NCBI GenBank assembly: GCA_041496385.1
Contig: JBGQEL010000003.1
Coordinates: forward strand, 1 to 64,000
Source: Candidatus Methylomirabilia bacterium
GTDB taxonomy: Bacteria; Methylomirabilota; Methylomirabilia; Rokubacteriales; CSP1-6
Length of the DNA stretch: 64,000 nucleotides
Direction of reading: 5' to 3'
Position numbers and translations under genes: made by a program. The notes under the pieces were generated by a model, which was not told the DNA's origin, ran no database searches, and saw nothing but the letters and a program-made list of their open reading frames with translations. Positions within the stretch are counted from its first letter, which is position 1; the number at the start of each line of letters is the position of its first letter. This document shows positions 1 to 9,875 of the stretch, piece by piece.

Positions 1-249
1 GGGACGCACGAGATCAGCGAATTCTTCGTGCTGCGCCGCTACCGGCGCCAAGGAGTCGGCGCGCGGGTGGCCGCGCGCGTCTTCGACCTGCACCGCGGCC
101 GGTGGGAGGTGAACGAGCTGGCGAGCAACGTCGAGGCCCAGACGTTCTGGCGGCGCGTGATCGGCGCCTACACGCGCGGCCGCTACACGGAGCTGGCGCG
201 GCCCGACGGCCTGGGCGTGATGCAGCGCTTCGACAGCGCCGCGCCATGA
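1..249 (+). CDS. GNAT family acetyltransferase, 5' end outside the window
   Basis: Frame open from base 1: EISEFFVLRRYRRQGVG (acetyl-CoA motif A), then N..AQTFWRRVI. Confidence 0.75.
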   Translation, partial: GTHEISEFFVLRRYRRQGVGARVAARVFDLHRGRWEVNELASNVEAQTFWRRVIGAYTRGRYTELARPDGLGVMQRFDSAAP

Positions 250-289
250 TTTGCCGGTCGCCCGGGGCTCGTCTATAGTGACCCCGTCA

Positions 290-1543
290 ATGGCGATGTC
301 GCGCGTGTTCTACGGCTGGTGGGTCGTGCTCTCGTTCGCGGTGATGGTCTTCCTGTCCACCGGCATCCGCTTCGCGGTCGGCCCGTTTCTCAAGCCGATC
401 GTGGCCGACCTCGGCCTGGACCGCGCGAGCTTCTCGCTCGTCGTCTCGCTGGGCCTCTTCCTCTACGGCGCCTTCCAGCCCTTCACCGGCCGCCTCGTGG
501 ATCGCTTCGGCGCGCGGCTCGTGCTCGGCGCCGGCACGACCGTGCTCGCGCTGTCGATCGCGCTCACCGGGCTCGCCACGAGTCTCTGGCAGCTCTACCT
601 CTTCTACGGCGTCGGCGTCGCCGCGGGGCTCGCGGCGACGGGCCACGTGGTCGGCTCCGCCGTGATCTCGCGCTGGTTCACGCGGCGGCGCGCCACGGCG
701 CTGTCGACGCTCGGCGGCGCGTCCATGGCGGGCATCAGCCTCCTCGTGCCGATCGCGATGTGGCTCATCCTGAGCATCGGCTGGCGGGGCACCTGCGTGG
801 TGTTCGGCGTCGCCGTCTTCGTCCTCGTGATGCCGCTCGTGCTCTGGGTGGTCCGCGAGTCGCCCGAGGCGATGGGGCTCGAGCCCGACGGCGCGGCGCC
901 CGGCGTCGTCGCGGGCGACGTCGCGGCCGAGCGCACCGACGTGAGCGTCGCCGTGCAGACGGTCCCCTTCTGGCAGCTCGCGGGCGGGCTCTTCACCTGT
1001 GGCTTCTCGATGAGCCTCATCTCCTCGCACGGCGTGCCGATGCTCACCGACCACGGCTACCATCCGATGGTCGCCTCGTGGACGCTCGGCGTGCTGGGCG
1101 GCAGCAGCATGGCGTGCGCGATGCTGCTCGGCGCCATCGGGGACCGCGTCGGGCGCCGGCCCGTCCTCGCCTGGCTCTACGGCGGGCGCGCGCTCACGTT
1201 CGCGGGCCTGTTCCTGATCCGCGACCACCCGGCGGCGCTGGTGCTCGTCGCCACGCTCGGCGGCGCCACGATGGCCGGGAGCCTCGCGATGACCTCCGCG
1301 CTCTCGGCCGACATCTTCGGGCGCTTCTCGGTGGGCTCGGTCTTCGGCACGATCTTCTTCGTCCACCAGCTCGGCGCGGCACTCGGCTCGTGGCTCGGCG
1401 GCTTCATGTTCGAGAGCTTCGGCGGCTACGGCCCCGCGTTCGCGACGGCCTCCGCGCTGCTGATCTTCGCCTGCGTCCTGAGCCTGACCATCGACGAGCG
1501 CCCGCGCCGCGTGCCGCGCCTGGCGCCGGTGGCGGGCGGATAG
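290..1543 (+). CDS. MFS transporter
   Basis: About 12 hydrophobic segments; GRLVDRFGAR and GAIGDRVGRR MFS loop motifs; ATG at 290 after TATAGT (274-279). Confidence 0.9.
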   Translation: MAMSRVFYGWWVVLSFAVMVFLSTGIRFAVGPFLKPIVADLGLDRASFSLVVSLGLFLYGAFQPFTGRLVDRFGARLVLGAGTTVLALSIALTGLATSLWQLYLFYGVGVAAGLAATGHVVGSAVISRWFTRRRATALSTLGGASMAGISLLVPIAMWLILSIGWRGTCVVFGVAVFVLVMPLVLWVVRESPEAMGLEPDGAAPGVVAGDVAAERTDVSVAVQTVPFWQLAGGLFTCGFSMSLISSHGVPMLTDHGYHPMVASWTLGVLGGSSMACAMLLGAIGDRVGRRPVLAWLYGGRALTFAGLFLIRDHPAALVLVATLGGATMAGSLAMTSALSADIFGRFSVGSVFGTIFFVHQLGAALGSWLGGFMFESFGGYGPAFATASALLIFACVLSLTIDERPRRVPRLAPVAGG

Positions 1544-1556
1544 GAAGGAGCCCCCC

Positions 1557-2339
1557 ATGGGATACGAGACCCTCCTGGTCGAGCGCGCCGGCGGTATCGC
1601 GACGATCACCCTGAACCGGCCCGACGCGCGCAACGCGCTGGACCTCACGATGCGGCAGGAGATGCTCGGCGTGCTCGACGAGATCGAGGCCGACCCGACC
1701 GCGCGCGTCGTCATCCTGACGGGCGCGGGCGGCCACTTCTGCGCGGGCGGGGACGTGAAGACCATGCGCACGCCGCACACGGCCGCCGAGGGGCGCGGGC
1801 GCGTCGAGATGCTGAACAAGCTGGTGCTCCGCCTCGTGCAGTACCCGCTGCCCACGCTCGCCATGGTGGACGGCTACGCCGTCGGCGCGGGCTCGAACCT
1901 GGCGCTCTGCTGCGATCTCATCATCGCCTCGGACCGCGCGAAGTTCGGCGAGCTGTTCTGCAAGATCGGCCTCGCGGTGGACGGCGGCGGCACCTGGCTG
2001 CTGCCGCGCGTGGTGGGGATGGCGCGCGCCAAGGAGCTGGTGCTCACCGGCGACATCATCGACGCCGCCGAGGCCGCGCGGATCGGGCTCGTGAACCGCG
2101 TGGTGCCGGCGGCCGAGCTGCAGACCGCGACGCGCGCGCTCGCCGAGAAGATCGCCGCGGGGCCGCCGCTGGCGCTGCGCCTCGACAAGCAGATGCTGAA
2201 CCGCGCCGCCACGACCGACCTCGCGGCCGCGCTCGAGACGGAGGCGTTCTCCCAGGGGCTCGCGATCGCCTCGCAGGACCACCAGGAGGGGGTCGCGGCG
2301 TTCTTCGAGAAGCGCGCCGCCAAGTTCACCGGGCACTAG
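1557..2339 (+). CDS. Enoyl-CoA hydratase/isomerase (crotonase) family protein
   Basis: ITLNRPDARNAL, FCAGGD, GYAVGAG, DHQEGVAAFFEKR; SD aggag upstream. Confidence 0.92.
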   Translation: MGYETLLVERAGGIATITLNRPDARNALDLTMRQEMLGVLDEIEADPTARVVILTGAGGHFCAGGDVKTMRTPHTAAEGRGRVEMLNKLVLRLVQYPLPTLAMVDGYAVGAGSNLALCCDLIIASDRAKFGELFCKIGLAVDGGGTWLLPRVVGMARAKELVLTGDIIDAAEAARIGLVNRVVPAAELQTATRALAEKIAAGPPLALRLDKQMLNRAATTDLAAALETEAFSQGLAIASQDHQEGVAAFFEKRAAKFTGH

Positions 2340-2340
2340 C

Positions 2341-3423
2341 GTGAACCGCATCGTCGGCACCGGCATGGCCGTGCCGCCCTGCGTGGTGGACAACCACCTG
2401 CTCGCCCGCTGCATGTCCACGAGCGACGAGTGGATCGTGCAGCGCACTGGCATCCGCGAGCGCCGCGTCTCGCCCGACACCTACCGGATGCTCCAGCGCC
2501 TGGCCGAGGCGCCCGACAAGATCGCGTTCATGCAATCCGTCATGGCCGACGGCCTCGACGGCAAGATCGACTCGTCCATGATGGTTTCCGACCTGGGCAT
2601 GGACGCCGCGGAGCGGGCGCTGAAGGACGCCGGTATCACGGCGCGCGACGTGGACTGCCTCGTGGTCTCGACGACCATTCCCGACTACGCCTATCCGCAC
2701 ACGGGCTGCGTCGTCCAGGGGCGGCTCGGCCTGACGCAGACGCCGGTCATCTGCCTCCAGCAGGGCTGCGCCGGCTTCGTCTACGGGCTCGCGATCGCCG
2801 ACCAGATGATGCGCGGCGGGATGTACCGGCAGGTGCTCGTCGTCGGCGCCGAGCTGCTCTCATCCATCTTCGACTACACCGACCGCGGGCGCGACATGGC
2901 CGTGCTCTTCGCCGACGGCGCGGGCGCCGCGGTCCTGCGCGCCGAGCCCGGCCCGCGCGGCGTGCTCTCGAGCCACCTGCACACCGACGGCACCGCGCTC
3001 GACGGCCTCGCGGGCGAGCTCTGGGGCTCCTCGACCTTCCCGGCCGTGTCCAAGCGCAAGATCGACGAGGATCGCGCGCGGCCGCGCATGAACGGCCGCA
3101 AGGTCTTCGTCCACGCGGTCCGCGCGTTCAAGGACGTGGTGCGCGAGTGCCTCGAGGCCAACGGCGTGCGCGTGCAGGACGTGGACCGCTTCATCTTCCA
3201 CCAGGCGAACCTGCGCATCATCGAGGCCGTGGGCGAGGGGCTCGGCATCCCGGCCGACCGCCTCTACAACAACGTCGAGCGCTACGGCAACACCGCCGCC
3301 GCCTCTGTGCCCATCGCGCTGCACGAGGCGCGCGCGGCCGGGCTCGTCAAGGACGGCGACCTGGTCCTGCTGGTCGCCTTCGGCACCGGCTTCTCCTGGG
3401 GCGCGACGCTGATTCGCTGGTAG
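2341..3423 (+). CDS. fabH: 3-oxoacyl-ACP synthase III (FabH family)
   Basis: DEWIVQRTGIRERR, catalytic GCAGF, HQAN, YGNTAAAS, AFGTGFSWGA. Confidence 0.88.
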   Translation: MNRIVGTGMAVPPCVVDNHLLARCMSTSDEWIVQRTGIRERRVSPDTYRMLQRLAEAPDKIAFMQSVMADGLDGKIDSSMMVSDLGMDAAERALKDAGITARDVDCLVVSTTIPDYAYPHTGCVVQGRLGLTQTPVICLQQGCAGFVYGLAIADQMMRGGMYRQVLVVGAELLSSIFDYTDRGRDMAVLFADGAGAAVLRAEPGPRGVLSSHLHTDGTALDGLAGELWGSSTFPAVSKRKIDEDRARPRMNGRKVFVHAVRAFKDVVRECLEANGVRVQDVDRFIFHQANLRIIEAVGEGLGIPADRLYNNVERYGNTAAASVPIALHEARAAGLVKDGDLVLLVAFGTGFSWGATLIRW

Positions 3424-3438
3424 CTCCGCCCCGCTGAC

Positions 3439-6400
3439 TCAAGGCAGCCTCACGGCATGGTAGTCGCCGGTAGGATTGCCGGCGAGATCCTGCAGGCGCA
3501 TCGGCAGCGCGGTCTGGCGGAGCGAGGCGTCCGCGCGGTGGAAGCGTAGCGTCTGCGTGTTGTAGAGGAGCTGCGGGTTCAAGAGGGTGAAGCCGGAGAG
3601 CGCCCCCGAGTCCGGGATCGTGCGGAACGCGGCCGTGTCGTCGAGAGCGACGAGATAGCCGCGGGCGTTGGCGGGATCACGCACGAGGACGGCCGACGGC
3701 GTCGCTGGACCGAGGTCCACGCTCACGAAGAACTCCCCGGGCCCTGGCTCCAAGAGCTGCGCCAAGCGCGCCTGCGACGTCGTCGTCCAGTCGAGCAGCG
3801 CCGTCGTGGTCTTGCCGTTGCGCGTTCCGTCGGCCTGGAGAACGAGTCGCTCGGTCGCGCCTGCCGGCCGGACGCGCTGAGCCTGGTCCAGCGACACCGT
3901 CTTCTGGACCGAGGCCGGGGCCGATGTCGTCACGTGGAGCGTCACGCGATCCTGGCCCGAGCCGAACAGCAGATCGGCTGGCGGTGTCCCGGGGCCGGGC
4001 ACGGTGCCGTGCAGGCCCGCCTCGGCCAGCAGGCTCGCGATCTCGGCGCGGAGCACGCCGGCTGACTGTGCCGAGCGCCCGAGGTCGAGGGCGAGGTCGC
4101 CGGTTGCGTCTCCGGGTTGCCCGTCGTCGAGGAAAAGCTGGCTCAGCTCGACCAGCCCGACCTTCTGGTCCTGCCCCTCCGGCGTATCCTGAGGCCCGCC
4201 GCCGCGACGCCGTTCGTAGTGAACGGCATAGACGAGTGGGGCCGGACCATCGGCCGCTCCAATCCAGCGGGGTGCCTCTACCGATTGCCGCAACGTGAAG
4301 CTCACGAGCGGCGCCGCCGTGGAGGCGAGGCCTTGGCCCGAAGACAGATCCACGAGAGCCCAGAACGTTCCCGACGGGTACTCGCGCACGATGTTGACGC
4401 CCTCGTCGAAGCAGGAGCCGCCAAAGCACACCCGGCGCACCACGAGGTCCAGGCCCAGGGTGGGGGCGTAGACGGGCTGGCTGACGCGCGCCCGCTGGGA
4501 GAACGGCGGGGCCGTGAGGTCGATCCGCACAAGGCCGAGCATCCGGCCGTCGGCGGTCGCCCCGACCTCCGTGAGGGTCCAGGCGTAGCTGGGCGCAACG
4601 GGCGAGAAGGCGTTGTAGTGGGCGGCGTCGAGGACGAGGGGGAAGCTCTCGGTGAAGGGCACGCCCAGGTCGACTGCCGTGCGAAGCGTCAGCGCCCCGA
4701 CCTCGAAGCGATCGAAGACGTAGTTGCCGAACGGCGAGCCGGGACTGAAGGGCTGAAACTGGTAGACGGCGATCTTGGGGTAGCTGGGGATCTGCTGGCG
4801 ATAGGCGATCGTGTGATCGATGGTGACCGTGGTACCGAGGTGAATGCCATCGCCTGGCAGGGTGAAGAGGGCAGCGTCGCTGAGGGTCGCGACGGGACCC
4901 TCGTCGGAGCTCAGCGTGGCGATCGTCAGCGGGTCGCCTGTCGCGGGGTCCGTCGCGCGGGGCACGGCGTATAGGGCAACGGTGTTGGGCTGACCGGGGC
5001 CGAACGAGGTGCGCGCGACGAGCAGGTGATCGCCGTCACCCCACCGGACGTCCTCGTAGCGCGCCGCGCTCATGGGACCCGCACTGTCCGCGAGCAGGAC
5101 GATCTGCTGAGGAGTGCGTATCGCCCAGCGATCGCCATAGAGGAATACTTCCTCCACGCGCACGCCGCCGAGCACCTTGCCGATGACTGCGCCGGGCAGG
5201 GCGCGCGCAGGGTCGTCGTTCGGCGCGGGTATCTCTGCGCCGAGCTGGCCCGTATAGACCGCCACGAACCGCTCGGCCTCCTCGGACTGAAAGGCCGTGG
5301 AGACCACCGCCTGCCCGGGCGCGACGCCGGCGATTGTCGTGTCGCCCAGCGGCACGAGCAGCCGTCGCACCGGCACCGGCGGGGTTCCGGGACTCTGCGT
5401 CACGGTGTCCGCGTAGAGCACGAGGTCGCCGCGCACGAGCGGGTCCGAGGAGGTGTTCGTGCCGCTCACCGCCAGCGTCCCGTCATCGTTCGCGACCACG
5501 TCCACGTCCAGCTTGCCGCGAAAGAAATAATCGAGAAGCCCCTTGGAATAACCGAGGGCCATGGGCACGAGCTTCGCGGCATAGCTCGCATAGACGGTGT
5601 CGTCGAGCTGGAGAGCCAGCTTGATCGGTGTCCCGGGCGGCGCCCTGTCGATCACGTGGCCGGCGAGGTACCCCGCCCGCAGGAAGTTCGGGACCATCTC
5701 ACCGTCGCGGACCTTGTCGAGGTAGACGGCCCGGTCTTCGCGACCATCCTCGGCGGTGACGATCCGCACCGCTGTGGCGTCCTTCGAGACAACCGTCTCC
5801 ACGTTCGTGCTGCTCAGGCGCGGATAGGGAAAGCGATAGACGGCGAGAAAATCGCCATCCGTGAGTATCGTACTCAGGCTCACGAAGTTGGCGTTGGTGT
5901 ATTCGGCGAGGCCCTGCTCGGTGTCGGACGACGGATTGGTGCCGGTGTAGCGGTCCGTATCCCAGAAACGTGTCAAGAGTCTGCCCGCGACGTCGACCGG
6001 CGCCGGGGTGGCCGCGTTGACCGTGTCCCGGTTTAGTCTCACGTGGTCCTCGAATCCGTCCACGCCGAACTTCAACGGCGACAAGGAGACTCCGGCGTGC
6101 GACAGGAGGTTGTTTCGCACGTGGGCCGGAACGGCCATGTCCTGCACGAGGTGCATCACGTGGCCCAGCGTCTCGAAGGTCTGCGCCATCGCGGCTTCGC
6201 GGGCGGCGGCTCCCGGCAAGGCGAGCGCGTCCAGGAACGATTTCCGCGCACTGTCCCAGTCGGACGGATTGAGCGTCGCCGGGCCGCGCTCGGCCGGCGA
6301 GACGAAGCGCGTCCCCCAGGTGACGTTCGATTGGAGCGACTGGAAGTCGCTGCAGACGAGCCCGAGCAGGGGCACGTCGGTCACGCGCGAACTTGTGAAG

Positions 6401-6747
6401 GGCTGGAGCGGATTGTGGAAATGGTTGCTCGCGCGACACATCGGCTGATCCTCGGAGGTCGCTCCTCTGCGAAGCCACTGGAAGACCCGCTGGGGAGTTC
6501 CGGAGGGCCCTTTGAGGTTGGCGTCGATGCCGTCGGGGACGTTCAATTCATCCTTGAGTGACGAGTCCACCGTCGACTGCCTGGCCGCGCGCTCCGTGAT
6601 CCGAGGGTGGGTGTCTCGCTCGTCGAATCCAGCGACCGTGTCAGGTGCGACAGCAACAGAGCCCAATGCGCAGAGCACGGGTACGAGGGCGACGATGGCT
6701 TGTGCACTCAGGGATCGCGTCTCTATGGTCCTGCGCGCGGCAATCAT
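3439..6747 (-). CDS. Large exported protein, N-terminal Zn-dependent phospholipase C/S1-P1 nuclease-like domain plus unknown C-terminal region
   Basis: Signal-like segment ending VAG then FDERDTH; GATSED; SNHFHNP; LGHVMHLVQDMAVPAH; H..FEDH. Start placed at ATG 6747 just after the upstream gene. Confidence 0.7.
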   Translation of the reverse strand: MIAARRTIETRSLSAQAIVALVPVLCALGSVAVAPDTVAGFDERDTHPRITERAARQSTVDSSLKDELNVPDGIDANLKGPSGTPQRVFQWLRRGATSEDQPMCRASNHFHNPLQPFTSSRVTDVPLLGLVCSDFQSLQSNVTWGTRFVSPAERGPATLNPSDWDSARKSFLDALALPGAAAREAAMAQTFETLGHVMHLVQDMAVPAHVRNNLLSHAGVSLSPLKFGVDGFEDHVRLNRDTVNAATPAPVDVAGRLLTRFWDTDRYTGTNPSSDTEQGLAEYTNANFVSLSTILTDGDFLAVYRFPYPRLSSTNVETVVSKDATAVRIVTAEDGREDRAVYLDKVRDGEMVPNFLRAGYLAGHVIDRAPPGTPIKLALQLDDTVYASYAAKLVPMALGYSKGLLDYFFRGKLDVDVVANDDGTLAVSGTNTSSDPLVRGDLVLYADTVTQSPGTPPVPVRRLLVPLGDTTIAGVAPGQAVVSTAFQSEEAERFVAVYTGQLGAEIPAPNDDPARALPGAVIGKVLGGVRVEEVFLYGDRWAIRTPQQIVLLADSAGPMSAARYEDVRWGDGDHLLVARTSFGPGQPNTVALYAVPRATDPATGDPLTIATLSSDEGPVATLSDAALFTLPGDGIHLGTTVTIDHTIAYRQQIPSYPKIAVYQFQPFSPGSPFGNYVFDRFEVGALTLRTAVDLGVPFTESFPLVLDAAHYNAFSPVAPSYAWTLTEVGATADGRMLGLVRIDLTAPPFSQRARVSQPVYAPTLGLDLVVRRVCFGGSCFDEGVNIVREYPSGTFWALVDLSSGQGLASTAAPLVSFTLRQSVEAPRWIGAADGPAPLVYAVHYERRRGGGPQDTPEGQDQKVGLVELSQLFLDDGQPGDATGDLALDLGRSAQSAGVLRAEIASLLAEAGLHGTVPGPGTPPADLLFGSGQDRVTLHVTTSAPASVQKTVSLDQAQRVRPAGATERLVLQADGTRNGKTTTALLDWTTTSQARLAQLLEPGPGEFFVSVDLGPATPSAVLVRDPANARGYLVALDDTAAFRTIPDSGALSGFTLLNPQLLYNTQTLRFHRADASLRQTALPMRLQDLAGNPTGDYHAVRLP

Positions 6748-6757
6748 CGCGTGAGCC

Positions 6758-7264
6758 TCAGCGCAGCTTGCGTTCCTGCTCGATCGCACCTTCGAACCTT
6801 GGAATGAGGTCGAGTCCATACATTCCCCCGAGCATCGAGTTGCTGATGAAGAACATGTGCTGCTGGTGGCTTTCAGCGGGCGGGAACCGCTCGAGAAGAA
6901 TCTCCGACGGTATGTTCTGATCCTCGCGCAGCTTGGATGTCGGGAAGACTTCGAGGTTGTTCCATCCGATATAGCCGAACTTGTAGACCGTGATCGACTG
7001 CCCCCCGCCTTCACCACTCAGGCCTGACGACGGCAGTCGCTCCAGCTCGAAGCGCCCGTCGGCGTCTGTGTCTGTCTCGCGGACCCCGACGAAGTCGTGG
7101 TGATAGGGGAGTCCGCTGACGACCTTGGTCCAGACCCCCAGCACCACGGCCCCCGGGATCGGCTGACGGGTCTGGGCGTCGAGCACGCGCGCCCGAATGG
7201 GCCCGGTCGCGCACCCGCACAGCGCGGCGGCCAGCAGGATCGTCAGACACACGTCGCGTGTCAT
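6758..7264 (-). CDS. Lipoprotein, carboxypeptidase-regulatory-like beta-sandwich
   Basis: Lipobox LCGC; RVLDAQTRQPIPGAVV..W, TDADGRF, VYKFGY pattern. Confidence 0.7.
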   Translation of the reverse strand: MTRDVCLTILLAAALCGCATGPIRARVLDAQTRQPIPGAVVLGVWTKVVSGLPYHHDFVGVRETDTDADGRFELERLPSSGLSGEGGGQSITVYKFGYIGWNNLEVFPTSKLREDQNIPSEILLERFPPAESHQQHMFFISNSMLGGMYGLDLIPRFEGAIEQERKLR

Positions 7265-7277
7265 CGTCGTGACCACG

Positions 7278-9860
7278 TCAAAAACTCTCGATCGTCCAGA
7301 GCCCGGCACCATCCTGGACAAAGTAGACGTAGTACGTGAGCGTCATGAGCTGGCCTCCCCAAGGCTGGGTTTGGGTCAGCCGGTACTTGGCCCGGCCCTC
7401 GATCACGTAGATCAGCTCGATGTCCTGCATGTCCCGCGCGATCTGCGCGATGTCTACGCTCAGCGCCGTGAAGAGCGCTCGGTAGCGATCCTGCTGGGCT
7501 GCGGTGAAATGGCCGACCGCGGCGTCGAGGTCGTTCTGTATCAGGGCGCTCTTCATGGCGCTCCACTTCGCCTTGAAGAATGCATCAATCCGGGGGCGGT
7601 CGTACACCTGGACGATCGCCCGCGCCGTGATCTGGGTGCCTCGCGTGTCAGTCAGAGTGGCGAGGGGGAAGTAGAGGCCCGGCTGTGCGTAGGTGAACGG
7701 CTGGTCGGCGAGCGTGGAGCCGGTGAAATCGATCGTGCCGTTGTCGTTGGCATCGAGGCTGATCGTTGCCCCGCCGGTGCCGGCCAAGGCGAACCGGACC
7801 GTCAGCGGCGCCAGGCCGCTCTGCGGCAGGACGCGCAGATCCACGCCCGAACTGGAGCCTGTCGCGGCAACCTCGACACTGTGACCGGCGCTCGCGCCGC
7901 TACTCGTGGAGGCGACAGCGGTAAGCATCACCGAGCCAGACGCGGCCGGTACGATGGCTGCGAAGACCCCGTTCTGCATGGCGGCCTGGATGCCGTTGAC
8001 GGTGACGCCGACATCGATCCCTCCAGGGGTCACCGTGCCTTGTACGAGGAGCGAACCCGCAACGACAGATGCTCCGTCCGCAGGCGAGGTGATGTGCACC
8101 TGGACGGCGCTCCCGACCTCGAAGGTTCGCTGCGCCGGCGTCGGGTCCTCGTTGCCCGCGAGATCTCGCGCCTTGACCTCGAAGAGATGAGGGCCCGGGG
8201 CGAGGTTGGCCAGCGTCGCCGTGGTGGCGGCATCGAAGGCCCCCCAGGCGCCGCCGTCCAGGCGCCACGAGAAAACGAGACTCTGGATGGGTGTGAGGTT
8301 GTCCGCCCCAGCGAAGCTGAGGCTGACGGCGCTCGCGCTGGCTGTCCCGCTCGGGCCGCTCGTGATCTGTGTGTCGGGCGGGGTGTTGTCCACGATGACC
8401 ACGCGGGTGGCGCTGGCGGTGTTCCCCGCCTGGTCGGTGGTTGCGGCTCCCAGGGTATGAGTGCCGTCGGGCGCCGCCGTCGTGGCCCACGTCGCGGTCG
8501 CCGTGGCGCTCGCGGCGGGTAGCGCCGGGACGATCGTCGCCGCCAGCGGCTGGCCGTTCACCGTCACGCCGAGATTCTGGAGGCTCGTCCTGGTGTCGCT
8601 TGCCCGAGCCTGCACGAGCGCGCTTCCCCGCACGAAGGCGCCGGCCGGTGGGGCCTGGAACGCGAGCATCGGGGCCGCGCTGTCGTGGACGATCGTCACC
8701 GCGGCGACCCGTGAGGCAAGGCCGAGGCCCGCGTGGCTGATCGCGAAGACGTCCAGGACATTCGAGAGATTCAGATTGAGGGTGATCGGAGCGGCGAATG
8801 CCCCGGCGGTGTCCGCGATCACCGTCGAGGGCATGGGAGCGTCGTTCAGGAAGAGATCCACCCGAGCCTTCGCCTGCGTCGTCCCGATCACGTTGACCGG
8901 CGATTGCTTCGTGACGGCGGGGGTCCTCACGGCGGGCGCGGCCGGGGCGTGGAAGCGGAGCACCCTGCCGCTGCCGCTGTCCGCCACGTAGAGATTTCCA
9001 TCTCCGTCGAGGGCCACGCCCTGGGGCTTCTCGAGATTCTCGGCGTAGAGCGTCACGAGCGCCGTCCTGTGAAGTTTGGCGACAGCGCGCTTGGACCTGT
9101 CTTCGAGCAGCTCGAGCTCCCTGGTCGTCAGGTACAGGGCGCCCAGCCGGTCGCGGGCGAGAGCCACCGGCTTCTTGAACTGGTCCGACGGTCCCAGCCG
9201 CGTCGGCGGGCCGGCGCTGCCGTCGGCGAGAATCGGAATCTGGAAGATCACCCCATCCACACGCGCGTCCCCGCGGAAGCCCTGCGTCGCGGCGAAGAGC
9301 GCTGTGGGGCTGGCGGCCAGTCCCTGGAGGTTCTTGAAGCCGTCGGCGAAAACCCGGAGCTGGCCGGCAGGCGTGAGCCGCAATACCATTTCCGGCTCGG
9401 CCGACTCGTCGTCGGGCTCGAGATCGGTGCCGCGCGTGAGTCGGCGGGCGCTCGTGAACAGCGTGCCGTCGTCCAGCGTCGCGAGCCAGCGTGGCTGCTT
9501 GATGCCGGACAGGACGGTCGTACGGCGGCCGTTCGCTTCGACCCGTACAACGCGCGCGGCCCGCTCCTCGGCGATCAGCAAGCGCCCGGCGGCATCGAGC
9601 GCGAGCCCGATCGGGCGCTCGAGGCCACTGGCCACCACGGTGCGAGCGTGATCCGGCGCGACGCGCGAGACGGTGCCTGCCGCGCGATCGGCGACGAAGA
9701 GATTCCCCAGCGGGTCCACCACGATCCCGCGCACGTCGCCGAGGCCGTCGGCGTAGATCTCGAACGGGTCGAGCGCGTTGAGCGGCTGGGCGGCACGGGC
9801 GGGGAGGAGCATCGCAACGCTCACGACGAGGGCCAGCGCGGCGGTCACCAGGCGCTTCAT
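7278..9860 (-). CDS. Exported NHL/beta-propeller plus Ig-like/PKD repeat protein with conserved-looking C-terminal domain
   Basis: Signal peptide MKRLVTAALALVVSVAMLLPARA; GLERPIGLALDAAGRLLIAE and PQGVALDGDGNLYVAD (NHL); D.AGN Ig-like repeats; FTYAQPGLY PKD-like; ends YYVYFVQDGAGLWTIESF. Confidence 0.8.
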   Translation of the reverse strand: MKRLVTAALALVVSVAMLLPARAAQPLNALDPFEIYADGLGDVRGIVVDPLGNLFVADRAAGTVSRVAPDHARTVVASGLERPIGLALDAAGRLLIAEERAARVVRVEANGRRTTVLSGIKQPRWLATLDDGTLFTSARRLTRGTDLEPDDESAEPEMVLRLTPAGQLRVFADGFKNLQGLAASPTALFAATQGFRGDARVDGVIFQIPILADGSAGPPTRLGPSDQFKKPVALARDRLGALYLTTRELELLEDRSKRAVAKLHRTALVTLYAENLEKPQGVALDGDGNLYVADSGSGRVLRFHAPAAPAVRTPAVTKQSPVNVIGTTQAKARVDLFLNDAPMPSTVIADTAGAFAAPITLNLNLSNVLDVFAISHAGLGLASRVAAVTIVHDSAAPMLAFQAPPAGAFVRGSALVQARASDTRTSLQNLGVTVNGQPLAATIVPALPAASATATATWATTAAPDGTHTLGAATTDQAGNTASATRVVIVDNTPPDTQITSGPSGTASASAVSLSFAGADNLTPIQSLVFSWRLDGGAWGAFDAATTATLANLAPGPHLFEVKARDLAGNEDPTPAQRTFEVGSAVQVHITSPADGASVVAGSLLVQGTVTPGGIDVGVTVNGIQAAMQNGVFAAIVPAASGSVMLTAVASTSSGASAGHSVEVAATGSSSGVDLRVLPQSGLAPLTVRFALAGTGGATISLDANDNGTIDFTGSTLADQPFTYAQPGLYFPLATLTDTRGTQITARAIVQVYDRPRIDAFFKAKWSAMKSALIQNDLDAAVGHFTAAQQDRYRALFTALSVDIAQIARDMQDIELIYVIEGRAKYRLTQTQPWGGQLMTLTYYVYFVQDGAGLWTIESF

Positions 9861-9875
9861 GGACCATTTGGAAAC

